From the human T2T-CHM13v2.0 reference genome, Homo sapiens, in NCBI RefSeq assembly GCF_009914755.1, contig NC_060936.1: a stretch of 64,000 nt of DNA; one strand, given 5' to 3'. Position numbers and translations under genes: made by a program. Under the pieces are notes generated by a model that saw only the letters and a program-made list of their open reading frames with translations, searched no databases and had not been told where the DNA came from. Shown in pieces: positions 14,040-30,963 of the stretch. How positions within the stretch are numbered: the first letter of the stretch is position 1; the number at the start of each line of letters is the position of its first letter.

Positions 14040-14530
14040 TCAGGTTGAGTATTAAGAAGGATAGTGCATTCGTAGTGGGGCCAAATTAACACTAAGCTAA
14101 AGTAAGCCTGGGTCCTTACTAACAAAGCTTAAAAGCAAGTATTAAAAAGGCCAAACTGTCTCATAGCAAAGTGCATGAATATTTATGCAATAATGCAATA
14201 AGAAAATCCCACAACATAATGTGACTTTTACACAGTCTGGCAGAAAGAATGACACCAATGATGGAATGATCAGGCAAAGGTACTAAAACAGTTATCATTA
14301 ATAGGGCTCATATGTTTGAGAAGATAATGATTCAGTAGACACATGAAAGGAATTTTTAAAAGACACAAAACAAACCTTTAGAGAAGAATATTACAATGAC
14401 TAAGAAGAAAATGACATGGGATGGGATTAACAGCAGAATAGCTATTACAAAATCAAGGATTAGTAAACTTGAGGACATAGCAACAAGAAGTATTTCAAAT
14501 GAAGCACAGAGAGAAAAAACAGCTGGGGAA
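14040..14530 (+). mobile_element. Ancient L1M 5'/ORF1 remnant (related remnant at ~13190-13500)
   Basis: GGATGGGATTAACAGCAGAATAG..GATTAGTAAACTTGAGGACATAGCAA..AAATGAAGCACAGAGAGAAAA resembles decayed L1M ORF1. Confidence 0.65.
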
Positions 14531-15021
14531 AAGTAAAGCAGCAGATAATAAAATCAACAGTATTAGATTCACAAATTCATCCCATTCTGAAAAGTCCTAA
14601 AAAGGGGAATAATATTGCTACATTCAGGGAAGTGGTCACGTTGAAGAAACATTCTTTTAAAAAAATAAACCCTACTTGAAAGATCTTCATAATCAACAAA
14701 TGGACCAACAACAGCTTTGGTGATTCTGAAACCCTGGAAAAAAAACCTCAGTACTACATCTAACTTAAATACTGCCCTAAATTTTTGGTAAATTCTACGA
14801 TGTTTTTCACTTTAGTCAATAACCATTTGCTGCTGAAGAGAGAAGGAAAGTAATGAGGTTAAGAAGTGGCATGCAGGAGTCTGTCATGTATCTGTGATGT
14901 TTCTTTACCTTGATAGGCTATACATAGACCTGCTTTTATATTCTCTCACCCCTTTTCACTCTGGCTCATCGAATCCTGATTTTGTATTTTGTAGGCAGTA
15001 AACTCTTGCCCTCAAGGAAGT

Positions 15022-15103
15022 AAGCCTCCATCCTTTGTCCAATCCTCAAATTTAAACTGGTCAAGCCTCCCTCTTTTGTCCAATCCTCAAATTTAAACTG
15101 GTC
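15022..15103. repeat. 41-bp tandem duplication inside an old ERVL-type LTR remnant (~14970-15410)
   Basis: AAGCCTCC(A/C)TC(C/T)TTTGTCCAATCCTCAAATTTAAACTGGTC at 15022 and 15063. Confidence 0.9.
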
Positions 15104-15949
15104 ATGATTATATCTTTCTAATTGGTTAAGAGACTGGCAGTTCACCCAGTTCTAGCAAACGAGATGCAAGGGAAAGCTTGCGGGGGCTTCTGGGCAATAT
15201 TTTATTTCTGGATAACATATGCCTTGGTAGCAAGGAGTCCCTTAACCATCTGCTTAGATCAGTATCTTGTAGCCAAGGGCAACAAGTTCAACATCACAAA
15301 GCAAAAATTCTTAATGTGGCAGAATGCAAAGACAGTAAGTGACATCACTGAGCTGCTGAACCATTTGGACGCCACCAATCTCTGGACTTCCTGTTGTATG
15401 AGACAATGGGATGCCATCCTTCCATATTCCACAGTCAGTGAGAGCATGGAGGGAAAGGTGACAGAGAAGCTTGTTAGTAGAAAATGCCAGGTATCTTAAT
15501 GGTCCTTGGTGGTCAAGTGTGGAATTGCATGATAGGGAAGAATCCCTAAGCACCACAGACATAAGGGAAGTTTGTTTATACTGACCATCTCCTTCTTGCT
15601 GGTCTCCATCTAGTGCTTCTGAGAAAGATTGGATGCAGAGCAGGACACCTGAAAGACCCCCACCACCCCACCGCCACCCCACTTGTTGGTTCAAGTAACA
15701 AGGATTGAATGTAGGACACTAGAGTAGGTACCTGGAGTAGATAATCCACACTTCAAGACTTGCATAGAGGCAAGTAGTAATGAGATGCTGCAAGTAACAG
15801 ACACACAACACATGCCAACTTGTACTCTTCTCTTATATAAAGCAAAATTCACCTGCCACGAGAAGAGGGGCCAGAATCCTGCCTATGAATGGTTTCTAAT
15901 GCTGCTTTGACAGGAAGGCTAGAATGGTACATAACCTCCCTTGGCTACA

Positions 15950-16681
<732 letters not shown>

Positions 16682-17742
16682 CTATATGTTAAACTTCAAC
16701 ACAGCACAGCTGCCTATAGAGCAGCGTTTGCTTGTTGCTTTGAAGGCCATTTAGGACGTGCATATGCAACTTCTTGCCTTGTAACTTTGTCATAAAATTC
16801 TTTTCAGCAACAGCAGTTCACTTTTTTATAATAGTATTTCCATAACTATTATTTCAGAAAGACTATTAAAGACAGGTATACTGTAAACACACTAGAGGAG
16901 AAAAAATAAAAATAAAAATAAAATTTCCCTAAACACCATAAAGAAAAAAGTGATTAGTGCTTTTTTCCCTCCTTGGCATTAGAAATAGTTATTGGCTCAA
17001 GAAATGGTATGTTTTAAGTCAATGGATTCCCCAGCATGTGGGCGTAATGAGAGAAATGAAAACGATGACAGCCTGGGGCTGAGTATCTGATTTCCAAGGC
17101 AGAATAGAAGCTCAAATGAAGGCATGTGCCTGTCTATCCTGTTGTGTAAAGAGAGAATGAATGAGAGACTAAGGAGCTTATGTCAAATAAAGTCTTTAGC
17201 TTCTGATGTGGACGTTGGATTCTCAGAACACCTGGCTTGTGGCTGATGGCTGCTCTCCTCATCTTCCTGATTGGGTAGCTAGTCAAATTAAAAATAGCAA
17301 TAATAATAACAAGGGTAGAAGAGAGTAGAGTCATGCTTGGGAATCAATCTAGTAAAAATTGGGATTGTGTAGATAATAATAGCAATGATTAAAAACCAAT
17401 GCATTACAGAGTGCCCAAAATGTGCCAACTCTAAGATAGTTGCTCTAAGCAATATTTTGCGTGAATTAACTGTCTTTGCTCCCCAATAATTTTGTAAATT
17501 ATTTTTTGACGTTATCATCATTTTGCAGGTGTGGAAATGAGTGCACTAAGAGTCTAGATGCACAGTTTACATTATACAGTGATGATGGGAGTGGTTGGCA
17601 CTCAAACCCACCTCCTGTGTCCCAGTTCTCACACTGTAAGCATTTACATTTCTCTGCCTCAGTAAATCTCTTTTCCAGTGGAGCAGAGACTTATTTCTGA
17701 GCTCATGGGCTTGCATTGCCTTTGTCCCCTGCTAGACCTAGG

Positions 17743-18059
17743 TGTTTTTTTGTTTTGGTTTGGTTTTTTGAGACAGAGTCTTGCTCGGTCGCTTAGGCTG
17801 GAGTACAGTGGCACAATCTCAGCTTACTGCAACCTCTGCCTCCTGGCTTCAAGAGACTCCCATGCCTCAGCCTCCTGAGTAGCTGGGAACACAGATGCGC
17901 ACCACCACACCTGGCTAATTTTTAAATTTTTAGTAGAGATGGGGTTTTGGGGTTTTGCCATGTTGGTCAGGCTGGTCTCAAACTCCTGGCCTCAAGTGAT
18001 CCACCTGCCTCTGCCTCCCAAAATGCTGGGATTACAGGCAAGAGCCACTGCACCCAGCC
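17743..18059 (-). mobile_element. Alu (J/Sx-like)
   Basis: Reverse two-arm Alu; approximate TSD AGACCTAG/AGATCTAG. Confidence 0.92.
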
Positions 18060-18890
18060 AAGATCTAGTTCTAATGCCAGTGCTTTGCCTGTGACATTGA
18101 TTTCCAAAAGCAAGATAGAAAATAAGCATTTGATTTTTGTATCTAAACTATTTCTCAAGAGTTTGAGTGAGAAGGATTTAATCCCTGCCTCCCTCGTCTT
18201 AGAAGACAATGAAATCCTCCATTGAGATTTGTGTTTTTCATCATGCCTCAGAACAGTATTTCTCTGGCTTTTCCTGGCAACTCTGATGTTCCCCAACAAA
18301 TAACCTTGATGTTCTGTCTGGATTTCTCAGGACTGTGGTTGAAAAGCAGGAAAGCTCACCGTAATCTAGTTTAAGCAATACTGGGTAATTCATTTTGTCA
18401 TGAAGCCATGCTATGCACAAATGGATCTGCCAAGAGAACAGACTCCCTTGGACTCTGGGATGTCAACATCACCAGACAACATTCTTCTTCTTTCTCCTGA
18501 TCTTTCTTCTGTTTTGTTTCTATAATTTGATTCCATTTTCTGCACTGCAGAGATGTTCTTTCTAAGCCAAAGGAAAATTGAGTACAGGAAGCCCTGAACT
18601 CATACTGTAGCAGTACATTCTATCAGGGAGGAAGAACGGGTCATTCCTGTCAGCTCCAGATTGGAAAATCCCAAGGAAGAACTCAGGAACCTCTGCTTAG
18701 ATTATGTGTTCATCCTTCCACAAACACTGCAGCTAGGAGGATGGCTGCATGACCCCCCTGCCTTGGGCCTGAGACTGGTCAATGCACAGGGCTTGTCACT
18801 GAGGGACAGGACTGGCCCTGGATGAAATAAGCAGTGCTCCACTGCCAAGCAGCAAAATGAAATGACTGACAGAAAGTTTTAGTTATCTCC

Positions 18891-19143
18891 TGTGGTAAAC
18901 AAAATAAGAATCCCCCCAAAGATGTACACATCTCAATACCCAGAACTTGTGAATGTGTTACATTACATGGCAAAGAGGTATTAAGGTTGAAGATGGGATT
19001 AATGTTGCTAATCAGTTGATTTTAAAATCGGGAGATTATCCTGGATTCCAGGCTGACCTGACCTGATGTAGTCAAAGGGTCTTTAAGAGTGAAGAGCAGC
19101 TACTCAGGGGGCTGAGGTGGGAGGATCCCTTGAGCCCAGGGAG
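18891..19143 (+). mobile_element. MLT1C/D 5' portion fused to a ~45-bp internal Alu fragment
   Basis: TGTGG..CCCCCAAAGATGTACACATC..ATTACATGGCAAA..GGGAGATTATCCTGGATT, then CAGCTACTCAGGGGGCTGAGGTGGGAGGATCCCTTGAGCCCAGG. Confidence 0.8.
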
Positions 19144-20161
19144 TGCAGCTGTCTGTGTAATACGACATTGGCTGCACTTGGCTACTCATAAAGTGTGGCC
19201 CGGGACATTTAGACACATTCACAGTTCAGGCATGTCTGACTTCAAGGAATCTAGTGGCCTTGATGAAGAAGGCAGCTCTAAGGAGCAAAATTCATATCAC
19301 GGCCATGTGATGCCTCTGCAGACTTAAGGCTTGGGCCCAAGAGATTTTGGGGATCAGGTTTTTCCAAGGTCATTTGTGAGATGGGTGAGTAGGCAAACCT
19401 TCTAAATTCTCTGAGCCTTTTATTATCAGTGAAATGAGAGTGAACATACAAGCCAGTTCCACATCACAGGATTTTGGTGAGCAAAAACAAACTAACATCA
19501 CCAATGTAACCTAATTTGGCAGGAAAAGCTCAGTGAAAACATAAATAAAAACAATATTTTTCTTCAAACATAACCCTCACTTTCTGTATATTACCCATGG
19601 AAGACAAGGAACCTTTGGTCGTCTTTATTGTCTAATTTTGGAGTTGAACCGTTTGTTGCACTTGGTGTTGGACAGTGAATAAAAATATTTAAACATATTT
19701 AAAATTCCATTTTTGGCACAAAATATAAAATTACTAGAGTCTTGTGCCCTATCATTTCTTATACGACTGCTGAAAATATTTTCTAGCTAATGTATATAGA
19801 GTAATATTTTGGAGACTGATCAATAGATACTCTTAATGAAACTAAATGGTTACTGTAAAGTGTTAGTCCAACAAGTTAGTTGCCTGACATTCATTTTCTC
19901 CATAGCTGCTTTATTGATGGTACATTCCATTCTAGAACTAAATTTCGAGTGGATATTGAATTGCTTAGACTGATGCCTTTAGGTCATTACAATTTTTAAA
20001 TTCCTTTTTCCATTGTGCCTTCCTGGGGTACCTAGGAATGTCTTCAAGGTCTACTCATTATCATTCCATAAATATCTATGTTAAACTTGAAGGTAATGAA
20101 GTACGGAGGGACAACTAAGCACTATCATTTAAACTGTTTTATTACACTCGCTCCATTCCTC

Positions 20162-20475
<314 letters not shown>

Positions 20476-21163
20476 TAATTTTTTAATGTGATAATTCATG
20501 CACTTTGAATATTCAGCAACAAGATATGCATTCTTTTTGAAATTGTAAATTATTACCAATAAACTAATTCATGCCCTTTTATAAATGTATGAAATTATTA
20601 CCATTTGAATCAAAGAAATAAAATGCAGTAAGCTGTTCTCTTTAGAAATCTTTCTATTGGCAGGTGAAATCAAACAATTACAAACTGCTTTAATAAACCA
20701 TTTCAGCAAATGCATACTTTTGGCAGTAAATTAGGAACATATTTTGGTATAAACATCAATTACAAAATTTTAAGTCTTTTGTTATAAAGTTGTGATTAAA
20801 AATAAAACATCCTTGTCATTATGATTTGTTTTCCTATACAGTACACATATACATATATATGTGTATACATATATACATATTTTCTGTACATATTTCAAAT
20901 TTGGTACTTTTTGTTTGTTAGACCGTATGGAGCAGAGACACAAGTTTTCACTTTTATTTTTGAATATCCTCTTTCCCCTCTCTTAGCTCCCTCTTGGCTA
21001 AGGGACGGGGATTTTCCTGTGTGACTGGTCATCAACACAGAGCTGGGCGTGTGGCTCTTGGCTGACTTATCTAAAGATACAATAGAGTGGTTTCCTAGGA
21101 TATCCTTCAAGTTCCTAAAGATGAGTGACTCCCAGAAACTCTTGAGATTTCAGTTGGTGAGGG

Positions 21164-21833
<670 letters not shown>

Positions 21834-22729
21834 GAGGATAACTTGTCCCTCTCAGTTTTCATACCCTGCAAGGAAGATCAGCATCAAGTACTTGCAGCTG
21901 AGATGGAAATTCTTGAAGCTTCTCTCTGCTTTTTGTTCAGTCTGTCCTGTCCTTTACAGCCATGCTCCATGACATGGAAAAAGTTTCCTCTCAGATGTTT
22001 TTTATATGCCCATCACAGGTCCAAATGCCATTTACTTTGCAGCAAGTTTATCTGTGCAGCTGACCGTCTACTGTTAGACCGTGGCAAAAGGATTCTATTT
22101 TTCCACTTTTACCAAAGCAGGCAGTTTTTGACACTTAGAAATTCCATTTCAGGTTCTATAAGTAAGTACCAAATTGCTACCCATTCACTATAATTATTGC
22201 CAATTCTAAAATGCTCCCACATCTTTAGAGTTTTAGCAGATCATTTAAAAAAGGTATCAGGAGCATTATGTCTTTCAAGCAGGATGGAATTATAATGCAT
22301 CCTTTTGCCAAAGGCAAAAGGCTAGGACTGTATTGCCTTATCTGCATTGGTTTTCAATCTGTTCTGGTATAAATCATATTATCTTGAGTGGTGGTCTAAA
22401 TTAGTTGCAGTTTAAAATAATTTGGATGTATTTCCTAATCTTCAAAATGTTTTAAGAAGGGACAAAATAAAATTCAGTCATAGAACATGAAATAAGTTAA
22501 TGTGTACTTCCTAATTCCATGCACTTATTAAAATGTATTGTTCTTCACATCAGTGGGATAGAGAGCATCACTAATGACTGTCCAATGCATGTCAAGAACT
22601 GTTTAAGTTTACAGAGCACTAGAGGTTATTTTTCTAATTCTGTATATTGAAATAATTTTTGGCATCAACATTTATGTGAATACATTTTGCAAGTGTGAAA
22701 TATGTTTATCATAACAAAAAGCTTTGGTT

Positions 22730-23801
<1,072 letters not shown>

Positions 23802-23811
23802 AATGTTTTCA

Positions 23812-24146
<335 letters not shown>

Positions 24147-24569
24147 CTTCCTTATGTTTGAATTCTCCTACATGCTTTCTGTTTTTCAGAGAGTTGGAGC
24201 TGTGAGTTTGGTCAGCAATAGAGGGTAATTTACCACCGAATAATTTGTCAGGGGATTATTAATAAGATCTCTCGTGGCAGAGGCCTGAAAATCAAATGCA
24301 AATATGTAATAAGACAGGGTATGCTTTTAACACAGCCCACATAGGCATTGCTGAAGTATTAGGAACGGTTTTATATATGGCCTGGTACTGGCTCAGTGCT
24401 AATTCATAGAAATAAATTCAGCCAAGGGCCTTGATACCCATCTCATGACAAAGAGCTGTTTGCAATTAGAAAGAATTGGACAGATGTTTACTTCTTTGAT
24501 ATTGGTAAGGTACGGTGGACAGTTATTGCCCTTGGTGTGAGACTAGGCTTGTGTGAAATTGATGCCCTT

Positions 24570-24735
24570 ATATCGAGGGTAGAAATTGAGACTATAAAGA
24601 CCACCTCAGTGATCCCATAGAGCATGAAGGAAGCCAGGAGAGAGTGGTTCAGGAATGATTCCAACATGACGCACCTGTTGGCCAAGAGGAAAGTACCAAA
24701 AATAGCACAACCCCCCAGTCTCCCATGGAAGGAAA
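24570..24735 (+). pseudogene. TMEM132B: Second, short TMEM132B-derived fragment, paralogous to 23013-23185
   Basis: Reads [52 protein letters not shown]; aligns directly to the upstream copy in the window. Confidence 0.9.
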
Positions 24736-24990
24736 TAAGAATGTAGCTGCCCTTATTTGTAATAAACACTGCTCATTGTTTTTACAGACATTTATAACAA
24801 CATCTGCTTGTTGTTGGTTTCATTGTTGTTTGCTTTTGTGTTTTTTGTTCTTGTGGTTTTTTTCTGTTGTTTTTGACTTCTAGAAGTCTTTTCAAAACAT
24901 GTAAAAATATTTTTATTTGTAAAAATATTATGTTTTATTTGAGGGATGCTTTCTTTACATAGAAGTTTAATTCACTGAGATTAGCCATTG

Positions 24991-25670
24991 CTTTTTTTAG
25001 TTTTAAATTTTATTTATTTTTTAAATTTTAAAATTTTATTCTTTTATTTTTGTTTAACTTTTGTTTTAGGTTTTGGGGTACTTGTGAAGGTTTTTTACAT
25101 AGTTAAACATATGTCATGGGGGTTTGTTGTACATATTATTTCATCACCCAGGTATTAAGCCCAGTACCCAATAGTTATCTTTTCTTTTTTTATTTTTCTT
25201 CAGACAGAGCCTCACTCTGTTGCACAGGTTGGAATGCAGTGGCGCATCTCAGCTCATTGCAACCTCCGCCTCCCGAGTTCAAGCGATTCTCTTGCCTCAG
25301 CCTCCTGAGTAACTGGGATGACAGGTGTGTGCCACCACACCCAGCTAATTTTTTTGTATTTTTAGTAGAAATGAGGTTTCACCATGTTGGCCAGGCTGGT
25401 CTTGAACTCCTGAACTCAGGTGATCTGCCCACTTTGGCTTCTCAAAGTGCTGGGATGACAGGCCTGAGCCAGGGTGCTGGCCCCAATATGTATCTTTTCT
25501 GCTCCTCTCCCTTCTCCCATTCTCATCCCTGAAGTAGACTTGAGTGTCTGTTGTTTCCTTCTTTGTGTTCATAAGTTCTTATGATTTAGCTCCCACTTAT
25601 AACTGAGCACATGTGATATTTGGTTTTCTGATCCTGCCTTAGTTTGCTAAAGAATAATAGCCTCCAGCTC
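24991..25670 (-). mobile_element. 5'-truncated L1 (old L1PA/L1PB) 3' end, split by an Alu
   Basis: TCATGGGGGTTTGTTGTACA..CACCCAGGTATTAAGCC..TTAGCTCCCACTTATAA..GCCTCCAGCTC; TSD GAGATTAGCCATT (24977, 25674). Confidence 0.9.
25186..25482 (-). mobile_element. AluS inserted in L1
   Basis: Reverse Alu; TSD AATAGTTATCTTTTCT/AATATGTATCTTTTCT. Confidence 0.92.
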
Positions 25671-26730
25671 TAAGAGATTAGCCATTTTATTTTAATTAAT
25701 GGAATCCATATTGAATTTCAGGTTTTCTCTACTTTTCCATACTCTACTGCCTATTAATAGAAACTGAACAACTTATCCTCACTTTCTGTTTCCTTCCTTT
25801 TGTCAGTGACATCTTATGTTGGCATTGCATGAGAGATCTTACTTAACAATATTAACAACCAGTGAGAAAAGGTCAATTTTCGACATGAATTTTGCAAAGG
25901 TGGGGGAATATCTGTAAGTCACATGCAATTCCTGTATTTTATTATCTGGTGGCTGAACATTCTTTGGAAAAGTATGAAAAAAAAGTCTCAAAGAAAACAC
26001 CTGTATTCATACGAGTATTTTCTGAAAAACATATTTGGCCACCCAGGCTCAAATATAAAACCAGGATTAATAAGTACAAAAAGAAAATCCCCTAGGAAAC
26101 AGCTGCAGATTAAAACTGCCATTTAAAAAAATAAAAAAAAAAGAAATGAGCAAAATGCTGTTTCAACTTAGCAGTAAGAAAATTCATCTTTTCAGTACTA
26201 TAAAAGCATTCACATCCATAATCCTAGCAAAGTTGAAACTTTCACAGGACGTGTACTGAGATCGAAAAGCAACAACTATGCTCAATAAAGTCATGCAAAT
26301 GAGTGGATCAGGAAAAATATGAATGAGCTCTCAAGCTCAAGAGGCAGTTGTCAAGAACACAGGGGACTGGAAAAATAACTGTCAAAAAAAAAACACAGAA
26401 ATTACTCAAATCCCAAAAGTTTTTAAAATAGAAATTATTGTTGAAATAATAGTATTATATTGTTGATATTAAGCACATATAATATTAAGCAAATGAAGAT
26501 TTTTAGAATAAGAAAATGAGACAGTATTTTAATTTATTAAGATGGGATGGCTAGAAGAGCAGATATTGGGCTAGTAAGGCCTCAGTGTGTGTTCTATTGA
26601 GACATTGGCATATTTAATAAATAGACCTGGAAGGACATAGAGGAATTACCTGGGACATTTTCATGACCACAGATGGCTGATGATTGAGCTATTCAAAACA
26701 GAAGTGTTCAGGTCATCTATTGTATTGTTA

Positions 26731-27168
26731 TTTTTTAAATATAACTTTGATTTCAAGTTCAAGGGTACATGTGCAGGTTTGTTATTAGGTAACCTTGTGT
26801 CATGGGAGTTTGTTGTGCAGATTATTTTGTCACCCAGGTATTAAGCCTACAGTAACCCATTAGTTATTTTTCCTGATCCTCTCCCTCCTCCCACCCTCCA
26901 CCCTCCAATAGGACCCAGTGTGATTGTTCCCCTCTATGGGTCCATGAGTTCTCAGCATTTAGCTCCCATTTATAAATGAGACATGCGGAAGTTGCTTATC
27001 AGCTTATTGAGCTTTTGGGTCTCGACTATAGGGTTTTTGCGATATAGGATCATGTCATCTGCAAACAAGGATTGTTTGACTTCCTTTCTTCTTATTTGGA
27101 TGCCCTTTATTTCTTTCTCTTGCCTGATTGCTCTGGCCTGGACTTCCAATACTATGTTGAATAGGAGT
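26731..27168 (-). mobile_element. L1 (old L1PA) with large internal deletion: 3'UTR joined to ORF2 RT-region fragment
   Basis: 3' end to ..GAGACATGCG (~26987), then directly GAAGTTGCTTATCAGC..ATCATGTCATCTGCAAACA..TTCCAATACTATGTTGAATAGGAGT (reverse of the LFADDM region). Confidence 0.9.
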
Positions 27169-27182
27169 CACCCATCCTCAAT

Positions 27183-27452
27183 GATGCTGAAAAATCCCTG
27201 CCTCATGTGACCTTGATTTTCCAAACACAGCCCCAGGCAGAGACTTGGGAAGATCCCCTGGATTAGAAATTAAGAAGGGAGACAGGCTGAGCAGGATGGA
27301 TTATTGAGCAATAAAACAAGATTTGCTTCCCGCCTTTGTGCCCCGAATCACCAGAATTTATTACCTTTTCAAGAGGTCTTTGTATAATATATACATGATA
27401 TTTTACACACCCTCTGTCTTTATTTTCTGTAGAGCAAGCAAGGAAAGATGGA
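27183..27452 (+). repeat. Copy A of a ~270-bp dispersed direct repeat
   Basis: Aligns to 38931-39217 with about 18 mismatches and 3 indels by manual count. Confidence 0.95.
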
Positions 27453-27896
27453 GGACTCTTAGGTACGTGTGTTCAGCCAGATTTCTATGTGTATGAACAT
27501 CACAACCAAAACCCACATTCCCCTTGGAACTCATCAAATTGATGACCAAGAAGTTCTCCCAGCATCTCTTGCTAATAGGACTAGAGGGTGTGAGTAACGT
27601 ACAAATCACAGGTTTCAGGGGCTTGATTCTTAAACACAGGCATTCGGCTGATTCTTTAATTGTTAACATGGGGGTGAAGAATTGAGTCTGGCGATGCTTG
27701 AAAATTCTTGACATGTGTCTAGAGAATGAAGCATTTGCTGTAAAGAAAAAAGTTTACAAAGAGATTGCTAACGCCTAGTAGAAAGTTCCTCAGCTAGCCA
27801 AAGAAAACCACTGCTTTCTTCATCTTTTCTTTTTTTATTGTTGCTATTATTGTTTTTAATTGGGTTATTTGTTTCTGCCACTGCTGCTTTTCAAAG

Positions 27897-27946
27897 GATT
27901 TGGTGGAGAAGAAGCTGAAAACCCACCACAATACCAAGCCACACAG
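27897..27946 (+). ncRNA. Candidate internal exon of a spliced non-coding transcript
   Basis: Pyrimidine-rich acceptor ..CTGCTTTTCAAAG| and consensus donor CAG|GTAAGT. Confidence 0.35.
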
Positions 27947-29024
27947 GTAAGTTCACCTGCGTGTTCACTGAAACACAATTAGAAAACTAGGCTTGTGCTT
28001 CCTGAAAGGCATTTTCCATTTTCTCTCCATCTGTATCCTCAACAGAAAAGGATTTTTTTTTCTTTTTTACCCTGTGTGACCTGAATTGCATTAGGGAATG
28101 AGTCTTCTTCACCCACTCAGTATCTCCGTTAACAGATACTGGGTGTGACTTCATTTTGTGGGAGTGTTTTCATGGATAAGAGACAGGACATGCCCTTACT
28201 CATGAGCACTGTGATTAAAGCAACATTTAAAGCACGGTATTTCCCATGTTGTGGATGCTTGGTGTGCTGAAGACAGCTCAGGGTACTGCATGCAAAGGTG
28301 GTTTCTCAATGAAGTGGGTAAAGCACTTCTGCCCTGAAAATGGCTTCAGGAAGAAAACAGTTAGAGGTCACCTCTATTTGTCTGCTCCAATTAAGCTCAA
28401 AGTAAAAACACAAATAGAAGAGTTGGATGCCCACTGACAAATTAAACTGTTAAACATACCCATAACTTTACATTTCAGTGTAGTATATAGCTAGTGAAGG
28501 AACATTTTGGTGGGAAGCAATAAGGCCTTTTAACTAATCTTACATTTGGCATGGATATTAATCAGACTAACAGAAAGTCATGGAAGTTTCATCCGCTCTC
28601 TTTTCCTGATCACTGGGCAGCACAGGTTATAACCACTCTTGTTTTCTAGCTGATCGCTTTTCAACAAACAGGATCTATGGCCTGCGATATGTAAACTGAA
28701 GTGGGGGTTGGGAAAGAACATAGATTATAGCGTCTAGAAATTCAGTTCGCTGGACATCTGCAGAGATCTGTGCATCATGCTGATATTCACATTTCCACCC
28801 CACGGTTTTGGGAAGTAAGAGAGGAATCCACGCATCCAGGCTTTCAGAGATCTTTATGCTGGGCTTCTGCTCCTAGGTTTCCAGCTGCTGAAAACAAGAA
28901 AAAGTAAATATCTGTGTAATTTGACATTTAGATTTATAGACATGCATTAACTTTCTTCCACACACTTAATGCTCTTTTTGCAGAAAGTGAAAGTAAGATA
29001 AACAATTTTAAAAAGTGATTAATC

Positions 29025-29319
<295 letters not shown>

Positions 29320-29991
29320 GTTTAATCTGAAAAGGCATAAAGAGGTTGAATCTCTAAAAAATTAACTTTCCTTTTTCCTATGAACCTGAGTAAAAGCTTT
29401 TTTCCAGATTGTCCCCATTTGATGATAAGACAAACAGGACAAATATTTCTTACTTTCTAATCAGGAGCGCAAATTACCTAAAAACTTAGCATTTTAGTGG
29501 CTGAGGCCATGGCTCCCATTTTGCTCATTTGCATTAATAGCTTGATTATGTATATGCGTAGGGGCAAGAGTTTTGCATGGGGCCAAGAGTGAAAGATGCT
29601 ACTGGCTCAGACATGCAGAGTTCTGGAGACGTAAGAAAGACTCAAGACCACTGAGGAGTTGCTTGGATCCCTGAAGATTGCTGCAGATGTTTCAGGATTG
29701 GGGGTGAGTTATTTACTAAATCTTTTACAAGCCATCCTGTTGGCTATGCGGGCACTTCATGAAACTGTCAGCGTCATCTTTGCCATTTTGGCAAATGCCA
29801 TCCTTTGTCATTGGTATGGAAAGGGAAGTCTCAGTTGGATGTGTCTTAATGATCAATGGCTCCCCTTTTTCCAAACATCACAGGTATCATATAATAATAG
29901 ACATAAAACTTAAAAATTGTCTTTATGAAACCAATCTGTGAAGCTGCATGCTTTTATGAGTCTAAAAAGCTGGCAGAAAGTGATCCTAAAA

Positions 29992-30618
<627 letters not shown>

Positions 30619-30658
30619 TTAATATTTTAATTAATAAAATATTTAAATATATATATAT

Positions 30659-30963
<305 letters not shown>

